Source: Planctomycetota bacterium
GTDB lineage: Bacteria; Planctomycetota; Phycisphaerae; UBA1845
Length of the DNA stretch: 64,000 bases
Assembly (NCBI GenBank): GCA_016200265.1
Contig: JACQFE010000038.1
Coordinates: 13,539 to 77,538 of the forward strand
Direction: 5' to 3'
Shown here: in pieces, positions 26,301 to 38,908 of the stretch
How positions within the stretch are numbered: position 1 is the stretch's first letter
How the letters are laid out: each line of letters starts with the position of its first letter
Notes under the pieces: generated by a model
Databases searched by the model: none
Told to the model about the DNA's origin: nothing
The model's input: only the letters and a program-made list of their open reading frames with translations
Program-made: the position numbers and the translations under genes

Positions 26301-27666
26301 ACAGGATCGTGTGCTTGCCGGTGCAATCATTTCCCGGCCTTCCGTTGGTGTAAGGAAGAGAGCAACCGACTTTCAGGTTTGCCGCGCCACAGCCCGGATC
26401 GGCTGAGTCCACGAGACCGTCGCAGTCATTGTCGATGCCGTCGGTGCAGGTTGTTCCAGCAGGACCTTCCGGCGAACCCTTCAGCGGAATCGCCGAACAA
26501 ACGGTCGAAAGCCCGTCCGCGCTGCAAATTTTCACGCCAAATGCCTTGCACGCGCCCACTCCGGCACTGCAAAGGGCGCCGAGGTCAATGAAGGTCTCAT
26601 CGATTTGACCATCACCGTTGTTGTCTTTTCCATCGCACTTCTCCGGTTCCTGACAACCGGGATCGGCCAAGTCCGTCAGGCCATCGCAGTCGTTGTCGAT
26701 ACCGTCCGTGCACCGCGCGGAGCCCGGTCCGGTTTCGCTGAATGGCGGGTACGGAACGGCGCTGCACTTTGTTCCGCCGTTGCTGTCACAAACGATTTCT
26801 CCGGTATTTTGGCAGGCACCAACGCCGACAGTACATGGCGTACCAAGTCCGAGACCATCATCGATCAGGCCGTTGTTGTCGTCGTCAAAGCCGTTGCAGA
26901 TTTCGGGGCCTTTGCACGGGGAAATGGCACTGGGGTTGTTCGCATCGCCGTGGTCGACCAGACCGTCGCAATCGTTGTCGAGACGATCGAAACAAGTCGC
27001 CGCAGTGATGTCGATGATGCAATGGCCGGGGTTTCCCGGATCAGGAACGGCCACGCCATTGCTGTCCAGCAGACAACCTTCGCCACGCGGATCGGGAGTG
27101 CCGGGAACTGCATCGCAGGTCGCCGATAATCCATCCTGCGAACACACCACGTTTCCAATCCGCAGGCAGATTCCCGAGCCATTGACACACTGTCGACCCA
27201 ATGGCAAGTTCGCGAGCGTTCCGAACACGCCGGAATCGCCGAGACAGAATCCACCGGAACAATCCGACGCCTGCTTGCAAAGGCTGCCGTCGTCGGCGCC
27301 GCCCTTGCAGTGCGATGTGCCATCGCGGCCGAAGAACGAGAATCCTTCGTCGATGTTGCCATCGCAGTTGTCATCCTCACCATTGCAAATTTCGGTTGCA
27401 CCGGGATGAATCGCAGCCCCACCATTGTTCGGATCGTCGTTGCAGTCATCGCCGGGGGCGCAACCTGCGCCGTAACCATCACCATCGTTATCCACGCACG
27501 CGGCAACAGTTCCGGCTGCACCTCGCACTGTTTCCGTGGAACGGCTCTTGTTGGGGATTGGTCGTTCCGCAAAAGCAGAACAAACGCAGCAAAGAACAAC
27601 TACAGTACAGAACGCGACGTTTGTTTTCAATTGTTTTCTCACTATTGATCCAGGTTCGCTAAACAT
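23308..27666 (-). CDS. Very large secreted protein with N-terminal Cys/Asp-rich DNDCDG (MopE-like putative metal-binding) modules
   Basis: Likely start MFSEPGSIVRKQLKTNVAFCTVVVLCCVCSAFA at 27666 (alternative 27675). At least four modules are present, for example CVDNDGDGYG..CNDDP...ICNGEDDNCDGNIDEGF, CFDRLDNDCDGLVDHGD, CTDGIDNDCDGLTDLADPGC and CTDGIDNDCDGLVDSADPGC. The remaining roughly 1000 aa are beta-rich with no family I recognise. Confidence 0.75.
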   Translation of the reverse strand: MFSEPGSIVRKQLKTNVAFCTVVVLCCVCSAFAERPIPNKSRSTETVRGAAGTVAACVDNDGDGYGAGCAPGDDCNDDPNNGGAAIHPGATEICNGEDDNCDGNIDEGFSFFGRDGTSHCKGGADDGSLCKQASDCSGGFCLGDSGVFGTLANLPLGRQCVNGSGICLRIGNVVCSQDGLSATCDAVPGTPDPRGEGCLLDSNGVAVPDPGNPGHCIIDITAATCFDRLDNDCDGLVDHGDANNPSAISPCKGPEICNGFDDDNNGLIDDGLGLGTPCTVGVGACQNTGEIVCDSNGGTKCSAVPYPPFSETGPGSARCTDGIDNDCDGLTDLADPGCQEPEKCDGKDNNGDGQIDETFIDLGALCSAGVGACKAFGVKICSADGLSTVCSAIPLKGSPEGPAGTTCTDGIDNDCDGLVDSADPGCGAANLKVGCSLPYTNGRPGNDCTGKHTILWSHNGSANTVITAEIMALDQEGNVLRSELVKKGDEAHLASRISPKDFIFKDTTSARGVSHQVFAPVPMLRVIAQDGDNRAEAYCSNIPFLEVIQPSNSVVTGAGGDTPVLAAMPRVDPKTLVIMIDGVDILQATPIGIGLNPATAFPGGPYSGTANINGATVSISLLTVSSGAIDVSASNTVGFTVGGLGCGTHVVEISGQRQAGVFPSPPGRPAASCYIDDLKDTGTSIVFTINITSPIAGQIVGDHPATINVQGEACHGVPIASANINGFSVDPSGQIHTPGGSSGGEKYVLPINVNVPVTDLRNAVSAHGGLPGTFDPGSNRLIAQALDGDFNAVYDSFFFAVGPVIPGPAPVTSSAHSNTATDPSFVDRAFVLAINDSGVTNFFDAMKNKSKKCLGDQAKDALKRTPTKEKKLKVDGACDPPTKMIVNNTDITLDQFSLNVTSDNSVTPDPREGVIHVKIGLPPVDITAHFSGYCQDGCICAFGGCACAVCVTVNVDGRFNQKNMSVSFDLDRPHILQGNLPRDQREKLHMTFDLGESDPNDFTKISGDVDIGCLLGFILDVIDFFAEVITFGLWDPSLSDISFEMTGDQIQQRLNSQDGDPMDTDFVKFKNDDLPQFGTKQKDSKITDAAIGSTGIAVTIGAGFAPDAADIDPQAANIPGTPLKNAPIPIPPIVDAAGNPVEDVTIAIAADVFNQLFYSMVQTGKLKTQFEVSKQLGTLVPSDCAGIGGNTSVVDSSQEARCIGFQDGDCTQFPFGSEFRRQCRRGSRIGRNTNIRTGTNIIFHGSVQNPPVLLLDDDPNTPDVEVTLRYPQISLYLIADRANNQILDTGSIDSTPMCTFGDLDADNLPNSTATSDCILWEFCMTIDLNLSMQFDHNPNTGRDRLKFNFLSINRDTPFGVACNGSSATFDLDFLNNQAGKTQTFDILQNKLKDNTPPLEQNGLDLGGFVNFTGKRIVAIETDHNPDGFQDYIGITGTITSKPVDPNAGCDAP

Positions 27667-28145
27667 ACCTACCATCGGAATGACCCTCCAATTCAACATA
27701 AAGTGGCACATTGGTTCAATTCTTCCAAAAATCGAAATTACTAATTTTTCAAGGTGCGCCGCACTCGGCCTTGGAATCGCGACGACACCCGCTTTCGAGC
27801 CGAACGGATCGGAGCACTGCATAAAAGTTGTAATCTAAAAAAGGTTACAGAATGGGCGACCGCCTGATATCTGTCCCAAGTTCTGCCGCATAGTGCACGC
27901 TGAATCTCAAGCTTGAGCGTGCCAACTTAGACTACCTGTATAAAAAACCCCGATTGCCCCGATCATAGCGAAAAGTGCATTGGAACGCAATCATCCAACC
28001 TGTAATTTGGGTCTTTCGGAGCGTTTGGATAGTGGCAAGGATGGAGGATTGGACAGACTGAACTGCATTGGTTATCGGATGCGTTCGGAAAAAGGAAAAA
28101 TACTCCTGAGAATCTAGATGCAAAGACGGGGCGGAAACAAAACAA

Positions 28146-28169
28146 CCAGCATCGCAATTACGATGCTGG
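28146..28169 (-). terminator. Intrinsic terminator (9-bp stem, 6-nt loop, T-rich tail) on minus strand
   Basis: Minus strand reads CCAGCATCG-taattg-CGATGCTGG followed by TTGTTTTGTTTCC. It begins 4 nt after the stop of ORF 28174..28368. Confidence 0.55.
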
Positions 28170-28173
28170 TCGC

Positions 28174-28368
28174 TCACTTCTCCCTCTCCGAGCTCCCCTC
28201 CCTCATGTCCGAATCAGGGCGAAAAAGCAGATCCGACAACGTGCGGAAAATGCACTCCCCTCCAAAGCGCACTTTCCTCGCGTGTCGGACATCCTTTCCC
28301 GCAGTTTCCCCCTCGCTTGCAATTCTACTGGATATGCCGACGAACTCCCGCGAAAAGCAGAACTTCAT
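28174..28368 (-). CDS. Candidate small protein (64 aa), or the body of a small RNA, in the AT-richer gap
   Basis: ATG-initiated ORF MKFCFSREFVGISSRIASEGETAGKDVRHARKVRFGG... It is bracketed by a sigma70-like promoter (TTGACA-18-TAACAT, -10 ending 12 nt before the ATG) and the terminator at 28146-28169. There is no SD and no recognisable family. Confidence 0.3.
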   Translation of the reverse strand: MKFCFSREFVGISSRIASEGETAGKDVRHARKVRFGGECIFRTLSDLLFRPDSDMREGSSEREK

Positions 28369-28380
28369 CTGATAGGCCGC

Positions 28381-28410
28381 ATGTTACCGATGTCCACCCA
28401 ATCCTGTCAA
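28381..28410 (-). promoter_or_regulatory. Candidate sigma70-type promoter (TTGACA - 18 nt - TAACAT)
   Basis: The reverse complement of 28405-28410 is TTGACA and of 28381-28386 is TAACAT. A second TTGACA (28432-28427) is preceded by a T8 tract. Confidence 0.3.
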
Positions 28411-28560
28411 TGGAGACTAGCCAAATTGTCAAAAAAAATTTCTAAAATGTTAAGATCGTGTAAGAAGGGTTCTAAGATAGCGTTCGTTTCATGGGATTTG
28501 GGAATCGAAATTGTGTGAGCGGTATACGATTTAAGGATTATGGTATAAATTCCCCAAACC

Positions 28561-29076
28561 ATGAATTCGTCTCCGACTCCGGTTATTGGCACCAGTGTTT
28601 TTATTGCCTCGACCGCCTATGTGGGAGGTCATGTTATCATTGGGGACCAATGCACCATCATGCACCATGTAGTGATTCGGGGTGACATCGCCCGGATTCA
28701 GCTCGGGAACCGCGTCAACATTCAAGACGGGTCAATTCTCCACATTCAACGGGGTGTCCCGCTGGAAATCGCCGACGGCGTCGGGGTCGGCCACCGTGCG
28801 GTCGTTCATTGCCGGCGAGTGGCGGAACGATCGTTGATTGGTACAGGTGCCATCGTGCTCGATGGATGCGAAATCGGCCGCGAGTGCGTCATTGCCGCGG
28901 GAACGGTCCTACCACCACAGACCATAATTCCGGACGGCTCCGTGGTCATGGGGGTGCCGGGGAAAATCATACGGCGCACGAACAATGCCGACCTTGATCT
29001 AATTGACCATGTCGTGACCAGCTATGTGGAACTCGGCAGGCTCCATTCCGCGGGAAAATTTCCAAATTTCGTTTGA
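28561..29076 (+). CDS. Gamma-carbonic-anhydrase-like / hexapeptide-repeat (LbH) family protein
   Basis: 171 aa with left-handed beta-helix hexapeptide periodicity and the YrdA/PaaY-like pattern ...IGDQCTIMHHVVIRGD...VNIQDGSILH...IGHRAVVH...GAIVLDG..IG... Confidence 0.85.
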   Translation: MNSSPTPVIGTSVFIASTAYVGGHVIIGDQCTIMHHVVIRGDIARIQLGNRVNIQDGSILHIQRGVPLEIADGVGVGHRAVVHCRRVAERSLIGTGAIVLDGCEIGRECVIAAGTVLPPQTIIPDGSVVMGVPGKIIRRTNNADLDLIDHVVTSYVELGRLHSAGKFPNFV

Positions 29077-29524
29077 TTTCATCCGAATACACATTGGTTT
29101 GCCCCCGATCTAAAAGGTAACGCGACAAGAAATTGCTGAGAGTTTCGCAAGATTATCGGGCGAGAGTGCACCCGATACTGCGTCAATAACGTACATCTGG
29201 CAAGGGATATTGTTGATGAAGTCGGCGCACTTGTTGCCAGTATGGAATGTGGTAGGCTTGTGGCACTTGGCGCTTGAAAGTCAATGGGCAAAGTCAACGG
29301 AAGGGCTTGCCTCCAGAGAGGGAGAAGGTGCCGGGTAACATGTTCGCGCAAATCAAAACTGTGTTCGAGATCCTGAGGCTGGAATTGCAACCATCGCATT
29401 TGGCGATGTTTATGGAATCGACGGAGCCGCTCTCGGGCTTTGGGCATGGCGTCGCCAGCAAAAAATGCAAACCAGACGGATTTTGGAAGAGTCAGAAACA
29501 GTAGTGCGCTGCAGTTTCGATTGA

Positions 29525-31939
29525 TTGGCTATTGAGGTTTTCTTCTTGTTTGTAGACGGCAGTGACGAGGAGCGTGACTTGGTAAGCCATCCCGAGAACA
29601 TCTCAGCCTCAAGCCAAGGCGAAGCGCTTCCCCGCGCGAATACGGTTCCGCCTTCACCGGTCACTCTGGGCGATTTCGAACTTCGCCAAGAAATTGGGAG
29701 GGGAGGGATGGGCACGGTCTATGAGGCCTGGCAGAAATCGCTCCAGCGAGTGATCGCATTGAAAGTGCTTGCCCGCCATATCAGTGGCACACCGCGGGCC
29801 GTCATGCGGTTTCAACGAGAGGCCCAAGCCGCGGCAAAACTCCACCATACACACATTGTGCCGATCTTCGCGCAGGGTGAAGTGGACGGGAATTACTTTT
29901 ATGCGATGGAACTAGTCCATGGCCGCAGCATCAACGCGGTCATTGCAAGCCTACGAAGCGCGCAATTCGACAACGCGACGACGGCCAATCTCCAGGAAAC
30001 GGTTGACCTGAAGCGAACGGACGGCTCGGCAGCCCGTAGCGCAGAAACATTGGGCGGCGTCAACATGGATTCTCCAGGCAGCAGCGGGGCGATGCGAGCG
30101 ACCCGCGGTGCCCGCGTCGAACTGGATTTCAATGAAATTGCGAGACACATCTCCGATGTTGCCGACGCGCTCGATTATGCGCATGGACAAGGGGTCATTC
30201 ACCGCGACATCAAACCGCACAATTTGCTTCTTGGAGATGATGGTCGAATCCGCGTATCAGATTTTGGATTGGCGAGGCTCGCGGAACAGCCCGGTGTCAC
30301 CGTTACCGGGGAACTTCTGGGATCGCCGCTCTACATGTCGTCGGAGCAGATCCGCGGCAATCCTGATGACGTTGACGCGCGGGCTGATATTTACTCGCTG
30401 GGCGCCACGCTGTATGAATGGCTCACTCTTCAACCCCCTTATCCCGGTGAGACGCGCGAGCAGGTCATCAGCATGATCCTGAGCAGCGAGCCGAGACCGG
30501 CCCGCGCCTGCAATCCCGCCGTACCGGTGGACCTTGAGACGATTTGCATGAACGCGATCGAACGCGATCGCGAAAGACGATATCGCACGGCGGGAGAAAT
30601 GCGCGATGATTTGCGGCGTTTTCTCGTTGGGCGAACTATTGTGGCCCGCCGGGCGAGCATCCGCAAGCGTCTGGCCAAATTCGTTTCCCGTCACCCGAAC
30701 GCGGCGATCGCAGCGTTTGCGTTGATCCTGGCCTTCCTGCTCGGGTTGCAGATTCTCCAAAAGCAAAAAAAAGTCGAGACGTTTACGGCCAAGGCGGACG
30801 AAGCGACGCGCCGCGCTGAGGAAACCGCGGTCGAGAACGAGACGCTGCTGAACATGGTGGCCTATCTGCAGGGCGGACCGGCAAAAGTAGCGGAGGCTTT
30901 CGTCGGGGGCATCGCCCAGGCCGACCCCGCAAAGATCATTTCCGCGCAGATGCAGTCCGGCAATCCGCAAACGGAGGCCGTGGGCAAGCCCGCGGGCATC
31001 GCCCGCCGAGCCGCTATTGATTTCTTTGGGGCCGTGACGCCCAAAGATTGGCCGCCTCCGCAGCGGCCGGGTGAGGACGGATCGTTTGCGGACTTGCGCG
31101 ACGCCATGACAAAATGGTCCGCGGGCGATGTGCCCACGGCGTTAATCGTCTTAAGCAAATACCTTGATGGTCATGCGTCCGATCTTGCGGCCTTGCAGCT
31201 GCGGGCCATTCTGAACGCACAGATCGGCCAATACGATGACATGGAGCGGGATACCCAGACCATGACGGCGCTGGGTGAGCATGTGGCGCATGCCAAGACG
31301 TGGCACGGTCTTTCCCAGCTTCTTCGCATGCAGCTCAACGAGTGCGTTGATGAGTTTTCCGCCGCCATCGAGATCGATCGCAAGCTTCCATGGCCGCACG
31401 TGCTTCGCGGGCTTGCGTTGATTCAACTGGGCAGGGGTTCGGAGGCCCTTGCGGAGTTCGACACCGTGCTGGTCAATTCACCCAGGATGATCACAGCGCT
31501 TCTGGGCCGCGCGACCGCAAGAAAGTCGATGAATTTCATCGAGGCGGCGATTCCCGATGCCACTGAAGTGCTGCAGATTGAGGCGAACAACGCGGATGCG
31601 CTGGCGATTCGTTCCGAGTGCTACCTGGCGGCGGGAGAACTCGCACCGGCCCGTGAAGACATTGATCGAGCGATGCGAATCGCAGGACATACTCCGGGGC
31701 TTTTGCTTCAAAAAGCGGCGATCCAAATGGCTGAGCGAGCCCAGGAGGGGTCGAAGCCAAAGAGTGACGGGAAGTCCACTCCGAAGCAGCTTGCCCCGAC
31801 CGGAACGGACGTTGAAGAACACAAGTCGAGCGGTCCGTTTCTCGATTGGTGGAATCGTCATTCGCCTCCCCGCGGCGCCGGCGGACCCGGGGCCGGTGCA
31901 GGCTTGCGGATTCATTTTCCCAGTGCATTCAAGAATTGA
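29525..31939 (+). CDS. Ser/Thr protein kinase with TM segment and C-terminal TPR domain
   Basis: FELRQEIGRGGMGTVYEA...ALKVL; HRDIKPHNLLL; DFGLA; SPLYMSSEQ. The TM helix is AAIAAFALILAFLLGLQIL and the C-terminus has TPR-like repeats. The start is uncertain (TTG 29525 or TTG about 29578). Confidence 0.85.
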   Translation: MAIEVFFLFVDGSDEERDLVSHPENISASSQGEALPRANTVPPSPVTLGDFELRQEIGRGGMGTVYEAWQKSLQRVIALKVLARHISGTPRAVMRFQREAQAAAKLHHTHIVPIFAQGEVDGNYFYAMELVHGRSINAVIASLRSAQFDNATTANLQETVDLKRTDGSAARSAETLGGVNMDSPGSSGAMRATRGARVELDFNEIARHISDVADALDYAHGQGVIHRDIKPHNLLLGDDGRIRVSDFGLARLAEQPGVTVTGELLGSPLYMSSEQIRGNPDDVDARADIYSLGATLYEWLTLQPPYPGETREQVISMILSSEPRPARACNPAVPVDLETICMNAIERDRERRYRTAGEMRDDLRRFLVGRTIVARRASIRKRLAKFVSRHPNAAIAAFALILAFLLGLQILQKQKKVETFTAKADEATRRAEETAVENETLLNMVAYLQGGPAKVAEAFVGGIAQADPAKIISAQMQSGNPQTEAVGKPAGIARRAAIDFFGAVTPKDWPPPQRPGEDGSFADLRDAMTKWSAGDVPTALIVLSKYLDGHASDLAALQLRAILNAQIGQYDDMERDTQTMTALGEHVAHAKTWHGLSQLLRMQLNECVDEFSAAIEIDRKLPWPHVLRGLALIQLGRGSEALAEFDTVLVNSPRMITALLGRATARKSMNFIEAAIPDATEVLQIEANNADALAIRSECYLAAGELAPAREDIDRAMRIAGHTPGLLLQKAAIQMAERAQEGSKPKSDGKSTPKQLAPTGTDVEEHKSSGPFLDWWNRHSPPRGAGGPGAGAGLRIHFPSAFKN

Positions 31940-32387
31940 ATCAATACGCGATCCCGATCCCGCTCACGCGATCCGAGCCTATCTGGTTGAGCGGATTACC
32001 GACGTTTGTCTTGGGTTTCGGTTTTCGCGAAGCGGCGGTCCGGGCGGGCAAAATGTCAACAAAGTAAGCACGCGCGTCGATCTGGCATTCGACCTTGACC
32101 GCTCGCGACTGTCCGAACAGGAGAAAAGCCGAGTGCGCCACGTCTTGAAGTCGCGCATTCATGCGGATGGCGCGCTCCACGTCGTGGCGTCTCGGCATCG
32201 CACACAGTCGGCCAATCGAAACGCCGCGATTAAGCGTCTGCATGAATTGCTTTTGCAAGTCTTGACGCCGCGAAAACCTCGTCATTCCACAAGACCCACG
32301 CGAGGCTCGCGGGAACGTCGTTTGGGCGCGAAACGAAAAATAGGCGAGAAAAAGTCACTTCGGCGAAGCTTGATGATTAGCATCTGA
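31923..32387 (+). CDS. arfB: Alternative ribosome-rescue factor ArfB (peptidyl-tRNA hydrolase, GGQ domain)
   Basis: SRSGGPGGQNVNKVSTRVDLAFDL... plus the basic C-terminal tail RKPRHSTRPTRGSRERRLGAKRKIGEKKSLRRS. The nearest in-frame start is GTG at 31923, overlapping the kinase gene by 17 nt. The track ORF start 31557 is an out-of-frame read-through of the kinase. Confidence 0.8.
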   Translation: MHSRIESIRDPDPAHAIRAYLVERITDVCLGFRFSRSGGPGGQNVNKVSTRVDLAFDLDRSRLSEQEKSRVRHVLKSRIHADGALHVVASRHRTQSANRNAAIKRLHELLLQVLTPRKPRHSTRPTRGSRERRLGAKRKIGEKKSLRRSLMISI

Positions 32388-32407
32388 TTTCTTGGAAAAC
32401 GAAGGAG

Positions 32408-32806
32408 ATGATCATGGCGGCAACAGGCTCCGCGAAACGATTCCGATGGGACGAACTGACGACGGATGCGCCGATGGCATTACTCGATCGAAGGCGGGTA
32501 ATCGGCGAGCACGCCATGATTTCGCAGGTGCATCTGCAAAAGGGTTGTTTTGTGCCCAGCCATGCCCACGCCAATGAGCAATTCGTCTGCATCATGAAGG
32601 GTCGGCTGCATTTCGTCCTGAATGAAGGCTCAGAGTTGCTGCGTGAGAACGTCACCGTCGGCGCTGGGGAAGTGCTGCATCTGCCACCGAACGTGCCGCA
32701 TTCGGCCGAGGCCTTGGAGGACACAATCGTGCTCGACGTGTTTTCACCGCCGAGCCAAAAGACGGGCATCGACGGTCCCGCGCAGGCTCGTGGTCACTCG
32801 GATTGA
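32408..32806 (+). CDS. Cupin-domain protein
   Basis: 132 aa with a two-motif cupin pattern (G..VPSHAHANEQFVCIMKG ... GEVLHLPPNVPHSAE). Confidence 0.72.
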   Translation: MIMAATGSAKRFRWDELTTDAPMALLDRRRVIGEHAMISQVHLQKGCFVPSHAHANEQFVCIMKGRLHFVLNEGSELLRENVTVGAGEVLHLPPNVPHSAEALEDTIVLDVFSPPSQKTGIDGPAQARGHSD

Positions 32807-32856
32807 ACGCTCAGCCTGTTGGAGCGTTACGAGCGATTGGACAGAATTGTATCGCA

Positions 32857-33333
32857 CTACCAGGCGAAGTGGGCGAACGCCTTGTTCGCTTCGGCCATGC
32901 GATGGACGTTGTCTTTCGTCGTGACGGCCGTGCCTTCGCCTTTGGCGGCATCGAGCAATTCCTGGGCAAGTCGCTCAGCCATAGGCTTACCCTTCTTGCC
33001 TCGTGCGGCATCGCGAATCCAACGGAATGCCAGAGACTGCTGACGCTTGCGGTTGACCGGCATGGGAACCTGATAGTTGCTGCCTCCGACACGCTTGGAG
33101 CGGACTTCGACGTTGGGGCGACAATTGTTGATGGCGCGTTCAAAGACCTCGATCGGCTGCTCCTCTTTCATGCGTTTGGAGATAATTTCCATCGCCTCGT
33201 AGAACGTGCCGGTGGCCGTGCTCTTCTTGCCCTGGTACATGATCGAGTTGATGAACTTGGAGACCAGCACGCTGTTGAACCGCGTGTCGGGCTTGAGCTG
33301 TTCCGAAGAGTGAGTGAATTTCTTGAACGCCAT
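32857..33333 (-). CDS. rpsG: 30S ribosomal protein S7
   Basis: ...[12 protein letters not shown]...[19 protein letters not shown]...RWIRDAAR...[18 protein letters not shown]. Confidence 0.95.
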   Translation of the reverse strand: MAFKKFTHSSEQLKPDTRFNSVLVSKFINSIMYQGKKSTATGTFYEAMEIISKRMKEEQPIEVFERAINNCRPNVEVRSKRVGGSNYQVPMPVNRKRQQSLAFRWIRDAARGKKGKPMAERLAQELLDAAKGEGTAVTTKDNVHRMAEANKAFAHFAW

Positions 33334-33369
33334 GGTTTCTCTTTGATCCTTCTCTACGAATTTCGAAAA

Positions 33370-33984
33370 CTACGCTTTTCCAATCGCCGATTCTTGATTG
33401 CGTCCACGCAATCGCAAGACTGACGACGATGCCACAACGGCCACGCCGACTTCCACAATGCCCTTCACCGCGAAGGGTGCAAAGCCAAGCATTGCCGCAG
33501 ACTTCGCGCTTCCGCCAGTCCACATCGAAAGCCAAGTGATGCCGCACGCAAACAACGCGCCAAGCCCCACGCCAGCGGCCAATGTGCGGCGAATGACTCC
33601 CGGCGAGCGGCCCTTACATAGCGAAATGAAAGCGGCCGCCACAACGAAGCCAACCAGGTAGCCGCCGGTCGGACCCCATACGCCGTGCGAATGCGTCGCA
33701 AAAACCGGTGCGCCGAAAGTTCCGGCTCCGAGATACAAAAGCATCGCGCCGGCCGCCTGCGTTGGCGTAAGCATCAAACCCGCAAGAAGCACGCTCAACG
33801 ATTGCAGAGTCATGGGCACCGGGTTGCCTGGCACCGGCACGCGAACCTGCGCCGCAAGCGCGGTCAATGCGCTAAAGGCGAGCACCTGGAGCAGCCATGT
33901 CCGCGCCGACAATCTCGACGCGACCGGCTTAAGAAAGCCGGCTACATCAGAAGATACGCTGGACTGGATTGGAACGCCGCTCAT
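33370..33984 (-). CDS. bioY: Biotin transporter BioY (ECF S-component family)
   Basis: Polytopic membrane protein with LTPTQAAGAMLLYLGAGTFGAPVFA...GPTGGYLVGFVVAAAFI, the BioY signature. Its ATG lies 7 nt after the rpsL stop. Confidence 0.82.
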   Translation of the reverse strand: MSGVPIQSSVSSDVAGFLKPVASRLSARTWLLQVLAFSALTALAAQVRVPVPGNPVPMTLQSLSVLLAGLMLTPTQAAGAMLLYLGAGTFGAPVFATHSHGVWGPTGGYLVGFVVAAAFISLCKGRSPGVIRRTLAAGVGLGALFACGITWLSMWTGGSAKSAAMLGFAPFAVKGIVEVGVAVVASSSVLRLRGRNQESAIGKA

Positions 33985-33991
33985 TTCTGGT

Positions 33992-34384
33992 TTACTTATT
34001 CCTGCGCTTCACGCCGTATTTGCTGCGGCTTCGATTGCGAGGCCGGCCATCCTTGTCATTCTCAACGCCGGCACAGTCCAGCGTGCCGCGAACAATGTGA
34101 TAGCGCACGCCGGGCAGGTCCCGCACCCGACCGCCGCGCACGAGCACGATCGAGTGCTCCTGGAGGTTGTGATCGACGCCGGGAATGTACGACGTGATTT
34201 CCTTGCCATTGCTCAGGCGAACACGGGCGACCTTTCGAAGCGCGGAATTCGGCTTCTTGGGTGTCTGCGTCTTCACGATTAAGCAGACGCCGCGCTTTTG
34301 CGGTGACTTCTCCAGGTCACGGACCTTGGACTTGCCCTTCAGGTTCCGCCGCCCGATCCGGATCAATTGGTTAATTGTTGGCAT
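33992..34384 (-). CDS. rpsL: 30S ribosomal protein S12
   Basis: MPTINQLIR...SPQKRGVC...[51 protein letters not shown]. Confidence 0.96.
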   Translation of the reverse strand: MPTINQLIRIGRRNLKGKSKVRDLEKSPQKRGVCLIVKTQTPKKPNSALRKVARVRLSNGKEITSYIPGVDHNLQEHSIVLVRGGRVRDLPGVRYHIVRGTLDCAGVENDKDGRPRNRSRSKYGVKRRNK

Positions 34385-34408
34385 CGATCTCTTTCAATCT
34401 CTCGTTTT

Positions 34409-38830
<4,422 letters not shown>

Positions 38831-38908
38831 CGTGTCTTGATCCTTTGGTGCCTCTTCGTGACGCCCGGCGAGGGTGGCGGCCTCGCGAAGCGATTCGTCT
38901 TTGTCTTG

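Noticed and set aside
27932-28372. ORFs 27932..28177(-), 27963..28157(-) and 28118..28372(+) in the AT-richer gap
   Set aside because: They have no start context or family features and they mutually overlap. Only the 28174..28368(-) ORF is retained as a low-confidence candidate, because of its flanking promoter and terminator.
29079-29447. 122-aa minus-strand ORF between the gamma-CA-like gene and the kinase gene
   Set aside because: No recognisable domain, RBS or terminator. The composition looks like non-coding DNA. It cannot be excluded as a real orphan gene, but there is not enough support to call it.
31557-31922. Upstream 122 codons of the ORF containing arfB
   Set aside because: This part is an alternative frame of the kinase C-terminus (Arg/Ser/Pro-rich, no homology). 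ArfB homologues are about 140 aa, and the GGQ domain begins shortly after the GTG at 31923.
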